DNA of 64,000 nucleotides. It comes from Diplonema japonicum. Taxonomy: Eukaryota > Protista > Euglenozoa: Diplonemea. Below the pieces are notes generated by a model. The model was not told the origin of the DNA and did no database searches. It saw nothing but the letters and a program-made list of their open reading frames with translations. The stretch spans positions 297,811-361,810 of the forward strand of contig OZ025746.1 in NCBI GenBank assembly GCA_964019335.1, in the 5' to 3' direction. This document shows positions 10,701 through 23,300 of this stretch, one piece after another. The position numbers and the translations under genes were made by a program. Positions within the stretch are counted from its first letter, which is position 1; each line of letters starts with the position of its first letter.

Positions 10701-11988
10701 CTGCTGCAGTCATCAACGTCCCGCCTCGGCTGCTTGGGGCATGCCACAGCCCCCTTAACCCCTCAAAATGGCGAGAAGCAGCCTCACAATACGTACTTTT
10801 CCTTTTCAATCGATTGTTATATTTGTACTAATAAAATATAGCGCGCATTCGACGGCACTGATCAAGCGACTGGCACCTTCCGAAGAAGGGCCTCCCACGT
10901 CCGCCGGGTTGAGCAGAGGATGCCCCGGGGCGGCCGTTCCAGTCTGATCATGTCGCACTATAATATATTTCTCATCTTCTAGAAGAAAATGGGGTTTTTG
11001 CCCTCGTGGCTCGCCGGGCCAGCACTCTTACTTGCGTAAGCAGCCTCACAATACCGCCAGTGGGCTACGACACAGCTTTGGGATCTTGCTCAGGAATGGA
11101 ATATTGACATTGCGGGCCATGAAACAAAGCAAATATCGATAAGTTGTCAACACATGAATGCACGTGCCCTTCCGGCAACGCAGAAGCACCCGGGCCACCC
11201 ACAAGCGCCTTCGAACTAAGTGGTTCCGTGAAATTTTGAACCGTTCTCATCACGAACCAGCTAGCTTCTTGCGTTAAGAAAAATAGTCCCCCACAATAAC
11301 CCCCAGGTGCCAAACCCCGTGGTCCCTGTTCAAAATGCAAAGGAATTGCTCGTAAGTGGCCAAAACCAGGCGAAAATCGACTTTTTGGTCAAAAAAGGGG
11401 TGTCATAATGGGTTAGGTAGGCTAGTACCCTGCACAGGCGTAACTGAGAAAAGCCCGTTGCACGACTACCATGTGACCCCCCCCACTCCGGTCCCAAAAA
11501 AAAAAAAAGAAAGGGGGTCGGGAATTATTTGGGAAATTTGGAGCGGAAAAATCCCCGAAAAAAAAAAAAGAATTATTTGGGAAAAAACACATTATTTGGG
11601 AAGGAATTATTCGGGCCCCCCCTTTACCTGGCACTGCTGTGACTTTGCAGATAGCACCTGCTTCGACAACGTTCGATTTCTTCCCCTTAGCGCGTTTGAA
11701 CGTTAGCTTTTTGGTCACGACGACTGTTTGCCCGACTTGGTACTGTGGGGGGGGAGGGGGGGTTCTTTTTTTTTTCTTGTGACATACATCAAATTTTTTG
11801 CTGCCCTTCTGTTGTCCTTTGCCTTTCGCACCGATGTTAATCCCTCCCAGTGTGCCTCTTGGGTCCCCCTTCTGCATCTCCTCCAATTCCTGTTGGATCT
11901 GGTCCATAGCATCTTCATAACTGTCTACGTTGCTCTCTCCCTGCGTGTACGCTACCGCCACTAGGAACAACACACATAGATGCTTCAT
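7719..11988 (-). CDS. Small ER-lumen protein (signal peptide plus C-terminal KEEL); 3 exons, 11988-11788, 11742-11628 and 8011-7719
   Basis: A 45-nt GTATGT..CAG intron (11787-11743) and a 3,616-nt GTAAAG..CACAG intron (11627-8012) join the exons in frame (VTAVPG|DSENSVAEVSIQASG). The product runs MKHLCVLFLVAVA...EKDFGAAKEEL*, with a KDEL-like retention signal. Confidence 0.75.
8141..8212 (+). pseudogene. Degenerate tRNA-like Pol III unit
   Basis: A-box-like TAGTCTAGTTGG and B-box-like GGTTCAAACCC, followed by a T8 run. Stems are imperfect. Confidence 0.4.
8420..9560 (+). pseudogene. Decayed ORF of an unidentified element inside the large intron, antisense to the host gene
   Basis: A long coding-like, purine-rich + frame (including track ORFs 8582-8896 and 8915-9109 in the same frame) broken by isolated TGA stops. 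No recognisable family. Confidence 0.35.
9789..9871 (+). pseudogene. tRNA-Asp(GTC)-like sequence with a ~12-nt insertion after the anticodon loop; probable pseudogene or SINE-like head
   Basis: TCCTGTG-TGGTAGAGTGG...CTGTCA...CGGGTTCGAATCCCG-ACGCAGTGG-TTTTTT. A box, B box and a T6 terminator are present; anticodon and acceptor stems are mismatched. Confidence 0.55.
10023..10114. repeat. ~90-bp dispersed repeat; inverted copy at 39517-39606
   Basis: aaatccattccagccctagaaaaagcaattagaa...cacttagcgaatatagagcgt matches the reverse complement of 39517-39606 with a few substitutions and small indels. Confidence 0.85.
10118..11626. mobile_element. Non-autonomous TIR (MITE-like) element in the intron
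   Basis: Imperfect terminal inverted repeats TAAAGGGGCCCCCCGAATAAT and TAAAGGGGGGGCCCGAATAAT. TTATTTGG(G) motifs are clustered near both ends. Confidence 0.55.
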
Positions 11989-12431
11989 TTTTTTTTAAAA
12001 ATTACCTCCTTTATTTTCTCTTTCTTTACGGGAGGGGTGGGGCAACTCACCTATTATAATTGAGGGGGGAGAAAAAAATCGAAGAAAAAAAAACAATAAT
12101 AAGATGAGGAGCTAATGGTGGGGTGGGGTGGTAGTAGTCCAAGGGAGAGGGGAAGGAGGGGGGGGGGGGGGGGGGATGGTTGTGTTAAAAAAAAAGAAGA
12201 AAAATATAAAAAAAAAATAACCCTTTGACGGTCCTCAAAAGCATGTTAGGAGGAAAAAAAAAAAAAAAAAAAAAAAAAACAACACACAAAAAAAAAGAAG
12301 GGGGAACAAAAATAAATAAAGATACCCCCTTTCTCCTCTTCCATCCTCCAACCACACCTCATCTCGGTAGATTTTCTTTTTTTTTTCTTTTTTTTTTCTT
12401 CCCTTTTTTTATTTTTGTTTTTATTTTATAA

Positions 12432-12504
12432 TTAGAATCGAGCCCTAACACCGTTGGGGGAGGTGGGGGAAGCTTGCTGAGTACTCCATGTGTCGGGTTC
12501 CTAG

Positions 12505-12538
<34 letters not shown>

Positions 12539-13010
12539 CACACACCTCCCCAACTATTCTCTGGTAAGGTGACCCCTTAGTTATGGCAAGCCTAAGCTGG
12601 GGGTCAGCCACTGCTGACCCAATGATGCCAAGTGCCAGGACGAAGAAATTCCAAAACCACGACCCAGATCTCAAGAACACAGCAACACAGCTGAGGGCAA
12701 GACCTGTAAAGCTGAATAGTGAGTACGCAATCACCATGTCAACGTCCATAGCCTTGTTCGCCATGTTAGAATTTCTATTATAGAGCCCATCAAAGACAGT
12801 CTGGAACAACATCAGCAACGAGAAGATAAGCAGCCCACTCGCTATAAAATGTATGAAGCACCCTATCACCATCAATACCGTCTCTTTTGCACCGCTACCA
12901 AAGATTGCCTTTTTTTTTTTTTTTTTTTTTTAATTGTGCCATACCTGCCCCAACACACTCAAGATAATGTACCCTGCGCCCACTCCTTTATGTGCGTTAT
13001 CCACGGCCAT
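12432..13010 (-). CDS. Small multi-pass (about 4 TM) membrane protein, 165 aa; 3 exons, 13010-12945, 12908-12546 and 12500-12432
   Basis: MAVDNAHKGVGAGYIILSVLGQ|AIFGSGAKETVLMVIGCF...RIVGE|EPDTWSTQQASPTSPNGVRARF*. The 36-nt (12944-12909) and 45-nt (12545-12501) GT-AG introns are filled with poly(A). Confidence 0.75.
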
Positions 13011-13418
13011 TTTCTCTTTTTTTTTTGTTTTCTTTTTTTTTATTAAAGCCCCCTCTCCCCCAGCTCTTCTTTTTTTTTTTTTTTAAATTAGTTTTTTTTT
13101 TTGGTACGTGAGAAAAAAAATTGGGGGAAGGGACAGTACAAAAGGGAAAAGATGGTTGGATAAGGGCATATTTTTTTTTTTTTTTTTTCCTTCTTCAATT
13201 CATGGATTTTTTTTCCCTTTTTTCTTCTTCTTTTTTTTTTCTTTTTGCTATGGAAACAGCAAAAACAAGACAGGGGGGGGGGGACAATTTTTCCTTTTTT
13301 CCCTCTATTTTTTGGGGCAAATAAAAAAAAATGAAGCCCCTCCCCTCTTCAAAATGGAAATAAAGAAGAGAGGAACAAAAAAAAAAGAAAGAAAAAAAGG
13401 CATCTGTTTGTTAACAAA

Positions 13419-14343
13419 CTAAACAAGAACAACAAGGCACAACAAGCTAATCAGATATAGGTCATAAAGGGGAGGGGGGCTCCCAGCATCGATTGGAGCG
13501 GCACCCGCAGCAGGAGCAGTGAAAGGAACAGGGGTAGTGGTATTAGGTGTGTCCGTGACAAAGGGAGATGAAGTGGATGGGTAAGGGGTAGGAAGCACAG
13601 GGGGCGAAGTGGGCGGGGCAAGAACTGTAGCAGCATCCGGGGGCAAGTCAAAAGCAGCTGCAGTAGAAGAATTACCACTAGTTGGCAGTGCAAGCAGAGC
13701 TGTAGTAATCCCATCAATGGCATTGGCATCTGTGGGATTACTGATTTCAACTCTAAACTCGGCCAGAGGTGCGCACGGACAGGACTCTGCGACAACTACT
13801 GTTCCCTGCAGCATATCAGCACTCCTCCCTGCTGCCATTGCGTATCGCCTACACACTTTTTTATTCGCTCGATCCAAATCAGTTATCGGGGGCACTGCTT
13901 TAGCCCTTGCCTCCGGAATGTTGCACAACACCTCCAACACCACGTTGTCCGCTGCCCCCTGAAGATCGTTTTTCACCGACTCCTCAAACAGTGCCCTGTT
14001 GAATGTTTGCAAATCGACTGCCTTCCCCAACTGAAACACCGCCGTTGGGAACTTCCTCACCGGTGTGACGGGGACAGGTGTTGGGGGTGGTGCCGGTGTC
14101 TCGAAGTTTAGCTTTACCTGTATTTTTTTTTGTTTTTGTTTTGTTTTGTTTTTGTTTCTTCTTTTTTGTCATACCTCGAACGCGATTGACTTCATTACCA
14201 GCTTGTCCACATTATAGACACCGAGAGTGTCCCTCATGGGGTCCACGGGTTTGACACGTGCCTCCAGCGTTGCCTCCTTGCAGTCCGACGGCAGCACAAC
14301 ATCTTGGATGGTGACGGTGCCCTGGGAGGGAAGGTGTTGTTCG

Positions 14344-14395
<52 letters not shown>

Positions 14396-17300
14396 TTTTT
14401 TTTTTTTTTTTTTTGTTTAGCCACACCTCGCTCACAACCCCCTTGACCTCCTCTTCAAGGAACTGGTCGTTGGCAAACCCGGTCAAACGCCCCACCCCGT
14501 ACGAAGCCTGAAAAGAAGAATTTGAAAGAAAAAAAAAAAAAGTAAACTGCCCAACATACCTGTCCTGTGCACGATGCAGTCAGCACCACTACAGATGTGT
14601 TGTCGCCTTTCAAAGGCACTCTGTCCTTGTCCACAATGAGGAGCGTGAGGGAGAAGGGGGTGAGGGGTGGGGTGCGGGGGATCCCTTGCATGGTGAGGGC
14701 CTCCGGCTGGCTGCGAAGGTGGTCAACATTCGGGAAATAAGCCACGGGCAGCGTGCAGAGGGGGTTACATGTCGCATTGTGCATCACCAACACATCCGGG
14801 CGCTGCATGATGACCTCCGCCAACCACAAGGACTCGCCTGCGGTGAAGTCGTCGAACCCGTAGCTGGTGATCAAGAAGGGGACCCTGCCCTGCAAGGGTC
14901 CCAAGTACCTAACCCCTCCGATGAGGGTCTGGTGGCTTGCAGGCGGAAAGGGCACCACTGTGGTGCCTTCACCGTTCAGCGCCCACCTATCGGCCAAGCA
15001 TGCTTCAAGAGGTGACAAGACACACCGTCCTCCTGCTTGACAGCTGTCGCTTTGCACTCGTGACAGATCTGCCGAAAGGCATGGCACGCCCATTGAGCGG
15101 ATTCTGAAGTGCACATTGTGCCCAATGTCCTCCTCGTGTGTGGGGGCCGTCCCGTACCTATCCTCCACAGAGATGGAGAGGTCGAAGTTGTAGCCTGGGA
15201 TGAAGGCAGCAGTACGTTGTTTCATGGCGGTAATGCCACCTTCACACGTCTCGCCAGGATGGTTGCAGTCTCTGTACGTAATGGAGATAGGTTGCTGCAA
15301 GGAAGGCTGTGCAGGTGGCGAGAAAAACACCTTCACAGCCACGGCCTTGATAACTATGTATAAAGGACCGATGTCCTTGATGACAGGCAGCTGCGTCTCG
15401 CTGTACCCTCCGTTTGCCTCGAACCACCACGGGACGTGTCCACTCGCTTTGCGCGTCCCCAGCGACATTATTACGTCGATTTCCACGATGCCCGCCATTG
15501 CCACGCCAGAGAAGTCTTTGTTCACCATCCCGTTCCCCCCCCGCAGGTCCACACGGGTGCCCCAGTCACCTGTCACTACGTCCCCTGCAGCGTCCACAAT
15601 GTGTATTGTAATCTGTACAGTTTCTATAAACCACAATGCATACCCTGTTGGGGTCTCCTGTGGTCCCAGCGTGTATTCCTTCCGAGGTCATGGCAGTCTG
15701 TGTGATGTTCCCTCCTATCGTGGGGACTATCTGCATGGCGACAGGGGTTTGTACCTGTGTGTGTGTGTGTGTTCAAACGAGCCGTCCCCCTGCCGCCATA
15801 CCTCGACGTTCAAGAACTGCGTGAGGATCACGCCGACACCCAACCCTGAGACAGACTCGAATGCACACCTTCCTGAAGTCTGCTGCACAAAGACTCCTTC
15901 CCATGTGATGAAATTGTTCGCTGCATTGATAGTAGGTCCTGCAGTAGGCAGGAAGCACCCCATGGGGTTCACTGTGAGTACTATGCTGTTTTCGTTCAGT
16001 GCCGTGCCCTGCAGATACTCCGACTGCGGTGTGTAGTTCTTGTCCCATAACTTCAGGGACACTGTGTGGGTGTGTGATGCGGCTGCAGATGATGTGACGG
16101 TGCCGTCCGTGGGCCCACCCGTGACCGAGAGTGTTGGGGTGCTGTGCCATGCCCATGAGCCACTTGCCCTCTCTGAGATCGCGAGTGTGAGTGTGTAGGT
16201 ATTGCTACTGATAGAGGACCCGAAGACAATGTCGCATGAGGCCGCTTTGGTAGGGTCTCCACCCCCCTTCTGCACCAGTACCTCGAACGTGATAAATCCA
16301 TTTTTGAATGGTTTCTGCTCGGCCGTGGTGTTCGTGCTAAGCAGCACCACACAATTGGCGCACGTTGATGCACACTGTGCGTGGCCGTGCCCAGTGTGCC
16401 CGGGACTGTGGTGCGACACAAAGTACACGAGCTCTTCCGGGGGTGCACCCGGGAGAGGTCCTGCAACCACGAGCCGGATGTTCAAAACGTCACCGGCTAC
16501 TACAACCTTCGGTGTTTTTGTATCCTCTAGTACAAAGAATCTATCAGCCACTACAGTGTTGGTGATGTACGGCGGCAGTTTGCTGCCCATCGTCTTCGTA
16601 GGCAGAGACATGGACCCGAGCACAAAAGACACTTCCATGTCTACGATGGGTTCACTGATGGATATCTGTAGGACGCCAGGCCCCGCTGAGTCTAACGGGT
16701 TAGGAGACAGACTGCCAAAGGGTACTCCATCGTACATGGTGAGACCCCCTGCTATGTGGAGTGTGTCCACAGAAGGCTTCGATGTCAACACCAACACAGA
16801 CCTACTGAGGTGGTCCACTACAGTATACGACTGCGATGGTGGCAAGCCAAGGCCCAAAGACATCCCTGTCACCGCGCCTTGCTGGTATCGCTGCTTCCAT
16901 TTCAGCAGCGTAGGCCCACCCACAGTGTAGCTCCTGTCGCCCAGTTCGTCTGCTGCATACGCTTCAAACGCAAAGATGGAAGCGCTCAGATCCGTCTGCA
17001 GCTGTGTCAGCTGTGTAGCCTGTGCTGGGTTTACAATAATCTGTGTCGGGTCGGTGAGCACTGCTACCGTTATGTCTCGTCCGCCTATTGAGAACCCGCA
17101 CTCGTAACAAGCTCTTGTGTACATCATCCGTACAGTCCCGCTCCCGCTGTACACGTTGAATGTGGGCGGTTCGTCTTGCACCAGTGGGCTCGTCTGCAGC
17201 AGCTTCCCGCCGCCACCGTTCATCGGGGTTGCGCCCAGCAGGGGCAGGACCTGTGTCGACACGTCGCCAGAGTAGGACGCTACAAAATTGCCGTCGACAC

Positions 17301-20300
17301 GCATCACTGTAACAGAGAAGTGCCGCCTTTTCTTCACAGACTGCAAAGGCACACCTGCCGCTATCCATGCACTGCCGCACGTCTTTACATTGAAGACCAC
17401 AGGCATGCCTGGTGACGGGACGCCGTGTGTGTCGACGTGTATGTCCCTCAACAACAAGACACCGTATGCAGCACCACCTGTGAGGGGCTCCACCCTGTAC
17501 CGCAGCCACACCTCACACGCCAGACAAGGTCTTGTGAAGTAGAATCGCAGTGTTCCTAAAGTGGTGACTGCACCCCATCTGTTCAGCGCCGAGCTTTCAA
17601 ACTCGGCGGCAGTGATCCCACACCTAGCCCCTGCTTGTCCCGAGATGAGGAACCCGCCGTTGCCATACTTGTACGACGTGTCCCATTGCTGTGAAGGTTT
17701 CGCCACTGTGAAGGCCCAGACGGTGGTGGTCCCACGGGCTTCTAACGGGACCACAGTAGCCCACCCGGCATGTTCCTGGATGGTGTCGTAGTACACCGTC
17801 TGCAGAGAACCCACAACATCATTCGTGATGAGCGTCTGTCCCGTTACATAGATGCCTGTCTCTCGCGGAAACCTAATGGTGAACGGCTTGCTGACCTTCT
17901 TCCTTTCTGCGAGTATGGGTTGCGTCTCAGATGCCGAAGGGTTCATGAGACACGCAGCGGGGTCAGCAGAAGACGATGCTGAGGAATAACACAGACTAAC
18001 TTCTACTGTGCACGATTCGCAAGGTTGTGAGAAGGATGGCCATAAGGTAGCCTGCCCGTACTGCGTGGCTTTGCCTGTTGGGAGTGCTACGAAAGACTGG
18101 TCAATGGTACCGTCAAGAAGCCAAGCATCGGTTGCAGAGGATGGGGGCTTCAGTCCATACAGCGTGAGAGTCCCACCGTCGTTGCACGCAGTGGCGCCTT
18201 CCTTCGTCAAGACTACATCCGTGCTGGGGTACGACAGGGCCCTGTTGCCGTCGCCGTTTAGAACCCGCACCTGAATGGGAATTGGGACACCTACAACACC
18301 ACCAATGGCAGCATAGCTCCATCCTTTGCCTGGGTGAGGGCGGTAGCTCCTATAACCGTTGATAACAACAGGCATCTGCAACTCGCCGATACACTCGTCG
18401 GCGTAGTTCGGTTCATCAAGCACTTCGACCGAACTGTACGTCTCTGCATTGTAAGAGTAGGTGTACCAAGTAACTAATGTGGTTGTGATGATGTTGATGT
18501 TATTGTCGTTGTCCGTTGCCTCGAAGGTGAACTGAAGTGCCTGTGTCGGGTCCCGCCCGTAGAACCTAAACCACGTGATAGGCTCTGCGTTGTGGGTGTT
18601 GTACCGCAGTGCGTCATAAGGCGGTTGGAGGGCTGTATTTTGCACAATCGAGGGCCCCTTCAACAGCGTGTCGTTCGAATCGACGAAGATCTGCGCAAAC
18701 TGGCTCTTCAGCGTGTACTGCACGCTTATGTCGTACGCAATGTATTTCTGATTCTTATACGGGTAGTAGGTTACGACTGCGACCTCGGAAGCTGGGGCTG
18801 TGTTGCAGACAGGCGAACCAGGTGCGATGATGTTCGTACCAAGGTTGTGGGTCACGATGCCCACCTCGTAGGTGGGCTGCCGGACCTTTGCGTTGAGAGA
18901 CAGTGAGATGCACCCCACAGATGTGTCAATGACCTGTTGGCCGTTCGCCGTCTTCGTCAAGCACATCTCGAAGGTCAACCCCCGGATGGGGGCCGTGAAG
19001 GACTTCAGTGTCACAACAAGGTTTCCATTTGCGGGAGTTGTGAGCCCCTTCTCGAAAACCACATCTGTCGTGCCGTACAGGTAGGAGTCGAACCCGTTGT
19101 ACCTGATGTCAGTAAACGCTGACCGCATCGACAAGGGTGCCGTCTCGCAAGTGGAGGTCCCGCATTCCCACGTGGCCGCTACGCCGTTGATCCTCACTGT
19201 GACACCGCCACCATGTTTGGTATTCACCGCAAAAGCACCATTCTCGTAATCAAACACCTGTGCTGTAAAGGTTGCCGACTCCGCCACATCGGATTCCCAA
19301 TGTGTGCAATTCTTGGTCACGGCGCATAGCGGGGTGATGCCCTGCCCTTCGCCCTTGATTTCCAATACCTTCACCGGCAGTATGTTGAACTCTTCCAGCA
19401 GCACCCTCGCTTTGCACCCGTAGGTCAACGTCTTCTCCTTTACGGAACCCGGTGCTGTTGCTGAGTAGTGTGTACCGATAGTGGTGAAGGCGAACTCCAC
19501 CTGTGACGGGTACGTCACGTCGTTGAGGACGAGGAACAACTCGTCGAACACAGCAACACCGTTCGTCATGCGCACTGTGAACACACGACCCCCGTACAAA
19601 TTGGACCGCAGGAAGACCTTGGTTGTGGGCGATGACTCACCAGGCAGCGTCACGCCTTGTTCCGTGTCGAGGAACACCCACCATTTAGGCCACAGCGTGG
19701 GCACCATCTGCGTGTCGCTCACAATCCCTGCCGTCACTGTGATGTTGAAAGTCCTCGTCAATGTGCTCTTCGTGGCGTAGGTCACTGTAGAAGGAAGGAG
19801 GTCCGGCGTGCAGTAAACACCGTCAGTAGGGTCTGTCAGCGACAGCACAATGCTCCCATCGTTCACACGAGACGAGGTGGGCCCCGCGCCCCATGTGCTG
19901 TGGAAGGTGAACTCGCACTGAATGCAGGGCTTAGAGGTCCGGATGGTGATCACAGTGCCCCATGTGACACCCACGTTCCTGATATCCACAACGCTAGGCG
20001 TGTAGTAGACAGGCTGGTCACCAGTTGACGCGTCAGCCCGCACACCGTCCCTGTTGGCGATGCCGTTCATGAGTGGTAGGGGTGACCCGATCAAGGCAAA
20101 GATGTCACCATAGTGGAACTCGTCTACGAGAAATTCCGAACTCTCGAACCTGTCATTCAGAATACCGGGGACCAGTCCCACTTCGACCCCTTCGTACACA
20201 GGGCTCGCCGTCTTTGCAGGGTATACTCGGATCGTGTTTCCCACCACCCTCACGGGGGTCACTATGCTGGCCTCAACGACGTGCGTTCCATCTGTCAACT

Positions 20301-23300
20301 TAAAGGATATATGACACCCCACACCGCCGGGTGCGGTACCTGACAGTTTGCTGCATCCCTTGTTCGACTGAACCCTGAACCTCGCGGCCCACCCATCAGA
20401 CTCAGCAGGGTGGTATCGCTGCGCACTCGTAGGTGCCGCAGTACCAAAAGGCACGGAAAACGTTAGCGAAGTTAGGAGATTTGCTGTGCGGTGCACAACG
20501 GAGTTGACATCAGGGATGCAAGCGGGCACTGCAAGCAAGCTGCATTTCGGGTCATACTCCACCTCCATGATTGCGTTGTCAGGCACGCCCTTCACGCTGG
20601 GTGTGAGGGTCCAGCCGTCTAGGTCGTTCTTCCCGTTGCTCCCTTGCAGCATAACGGTCTCACCGTTGAAGTCGCCCTCAACGTGGTACACCAACTCGTA
20701 GGGTATAAGGGCTTCTAGATAACTACCTTTCTGTGCAACGAGGTTGCTGGGGTTCACAAAGTAATTCAACGAAGGAACACTTTCAGGGTGCCACATGGGC
20801 ACAGGCTCCTTGTGGTTCGTGGTATGTATCCCTATACTTCCTGTGTCCAAGGGCACAACTTCGTGTATGAGCAGCCTAGTGGGCCGTGGCCGCTGGACAT
20901 GTACCACCACACGAGTCCACAACGGTGCCTGTGGGTCGCCGTACGATATGTTGAAAAAGACATAGCCGTCAGTGACTCCGGGGCGGAGCTTTGGGGTGAA
21001 GGTCACGTTGTAATCCCCTGTCATGGACCAGTCCTTGTCGAGGAACTGCGTGACGCCCCCGCTGAAGTACTGCTGGAGCTCGCTTAGAGCAGTGTCAACA
21101 GCACCGTAGTCGGCAGTGGCGTAGAGAGCCTTCAGGGTGCCACGAGCGGAGAACTCACGCGGGCCGCCGTAGAGTGCCATAACTAGCAAAGTGCAGGTGT
21201 GGTGTGTGCGGCATCGCTTCACATAACACGTGGGAGGACCTGTGCAGGTGGGCGACAGTTTCGTCCCTAAGACACCTGTGTCAAGCCGCTGAGGCGCACC
21301 TGTAGCATCCATGTCGACGGCAATGGCGTCAGGGTAGTATTTGTACACATTCACCCAGATGGGTGGGGATGCCAGGGGGTTCGTTCCAGTGGTGACTATT
21401 TTGAACCCGCAACCAGCGTTTAGGTCGAACGTCCCCACGGGGCACGCCGATCTCAGCTGCAGACGCAGAAGTGCCGCGCCCTCTGTCAAGAACTGTTTCA
21501 AGCCTGCAGCGGGCCATCCGTACTCAGGTCCATGTGTGCACACGGCCTTCGTGTTGATGACGTGGAAGGGAACCTGCGTAGCCAGCACGTGCCCATCACG
21601 CGATGCCGCCGCCGAAACAGAGCAGTCAAGATCATTCCAAATGGCAGCACCCTGGCACAGCAACACCTCTATAGCGTCCGATGAAAAGGGAACAGGAGCA
21701 CCCTTGCTCTCTGCCTGCACGATGACGTCCACGTACTCGCCGCTTTTTATGATCGGTGTGTGCGAAGGGCTCCCTGGACTGACCTCTGGCAACAAAGACC
21801 TATCCACAGCCTTGTAGGTGTCGATGGTGTTGCCGTCGAACACCATGAACTGCAAGGTGGAGTTATAAGGCAGCAGCGGGATGGCACCCAGGGAATCAAT
21901 GGTGCCTGCCTGCGAGGGTTGGAAGTATGCTGTGCCTCCAAGAGTGCCTTTTACAGGGCTTTCTCGGTTCCAGGCTTGGTACGAAATGCCCCTCTGTGTG
22001 ATGTCATGCCTGGCCGCGTTGCCGTTCAGCATGACAGTCCAGTCGCCGCTCTTCAGGATGCAAATCTTATACCGTCCGCTGAGGGAGGCTAGGGAAGGCG
22101 GCAGCCGCAGCCCTCCCGTTGATTGTGCTGTCTCGTTGGACACCCTTGTCACTTGGTAGAATTTACCACCTTCCCACGTACTGCTGCTTGGTGTGGCCAC
22201 TACAGGGCAGTTCATGCTGGCATTGATGATGGCCACCCAATCTGACTGCAGCTCGGCAGGCTGGTTTTCAGCAGTGCACACCACTCCCCTGTTGAGAGTC
22301 CCGCACCATGACGAGAGCGAAGAACCCCCGATGGATCGCACGTCGTACAACACAAGAGTGTCGAGGCCGGGGGTGATCTCAGATGCACCATTGGAGTCAT
22401 ACTCTAGATACGACGGCACCACCCATAGGCCAGGATTCCCTGATGGGTCAAAAAGGTTGATCCACGGTTGTGAGGGGCTAGACTCTGTTGATAGCGTTGC
22501 GCGGTAGCACACAATGTAGTATCCTGACGAGATCGGGAGGGTTATGTCCACTTGCAATGTGCCGTCTGCAAGAGTGATCTGCGGGCATGTGACATCGTCA
22601 AATAGGTTCGGGTCCGTGCAACCAGAGTTGGTAGTTGCTTCCTCAACACCTGCAGACAAGCACGAGGCAGTTATGTCTACGGTGTTCCAGCCTAAGCCTG
22701 TACCAGGCGATGGAGGAGTTCGTGCTGAGAAAGATTTCACCTTGACCAGCTTGAAGACGTGTGTAGAGGTGGATATATCGGTACCGCTGTATATTGTTAG
22801 GTTCAAGCCAGAAGTAACTACAGGGCTGCCAGATTGCATGCCGTAGACGTACTTGGTAGAGGCACCTGAGATGCTGACAACACCACTCTTTCCAAGTGTG
22901 TTCTGCGACAGAATGTTGTCAGCAATGACCCACTCCTTGACTTTACCCGGATTGGTTGTGAAGCGTTTGTTGGTGCCGCTGATGGTGTTCAGGACCTGGC
23001 CTGTGATGCTCGATGCTTCCTGCACCTCCACCCACCCAGACCGCCCGACCACACCGAAGGATGTCATGACACATATCTTGTACATGAGGGGGGCGTCGTT
23101 TGCGCTGATGGGAAGTGTTGCGTGGAACTCCGCAATGTCGGCAAGCCCGTCCGCGGGCCCCAAGTCGGTTACACCGTTCACAACGGGGGACTCCCTGCCT
23201 ACGTGGATCGAGTCACCGAAGTTCAGCACTTGCTCGTTCGACCCGTCGTGGCACGCATGCGACCAAGGCACGATTTTAGCTGCGTCGGCGTTCTGGTCCG

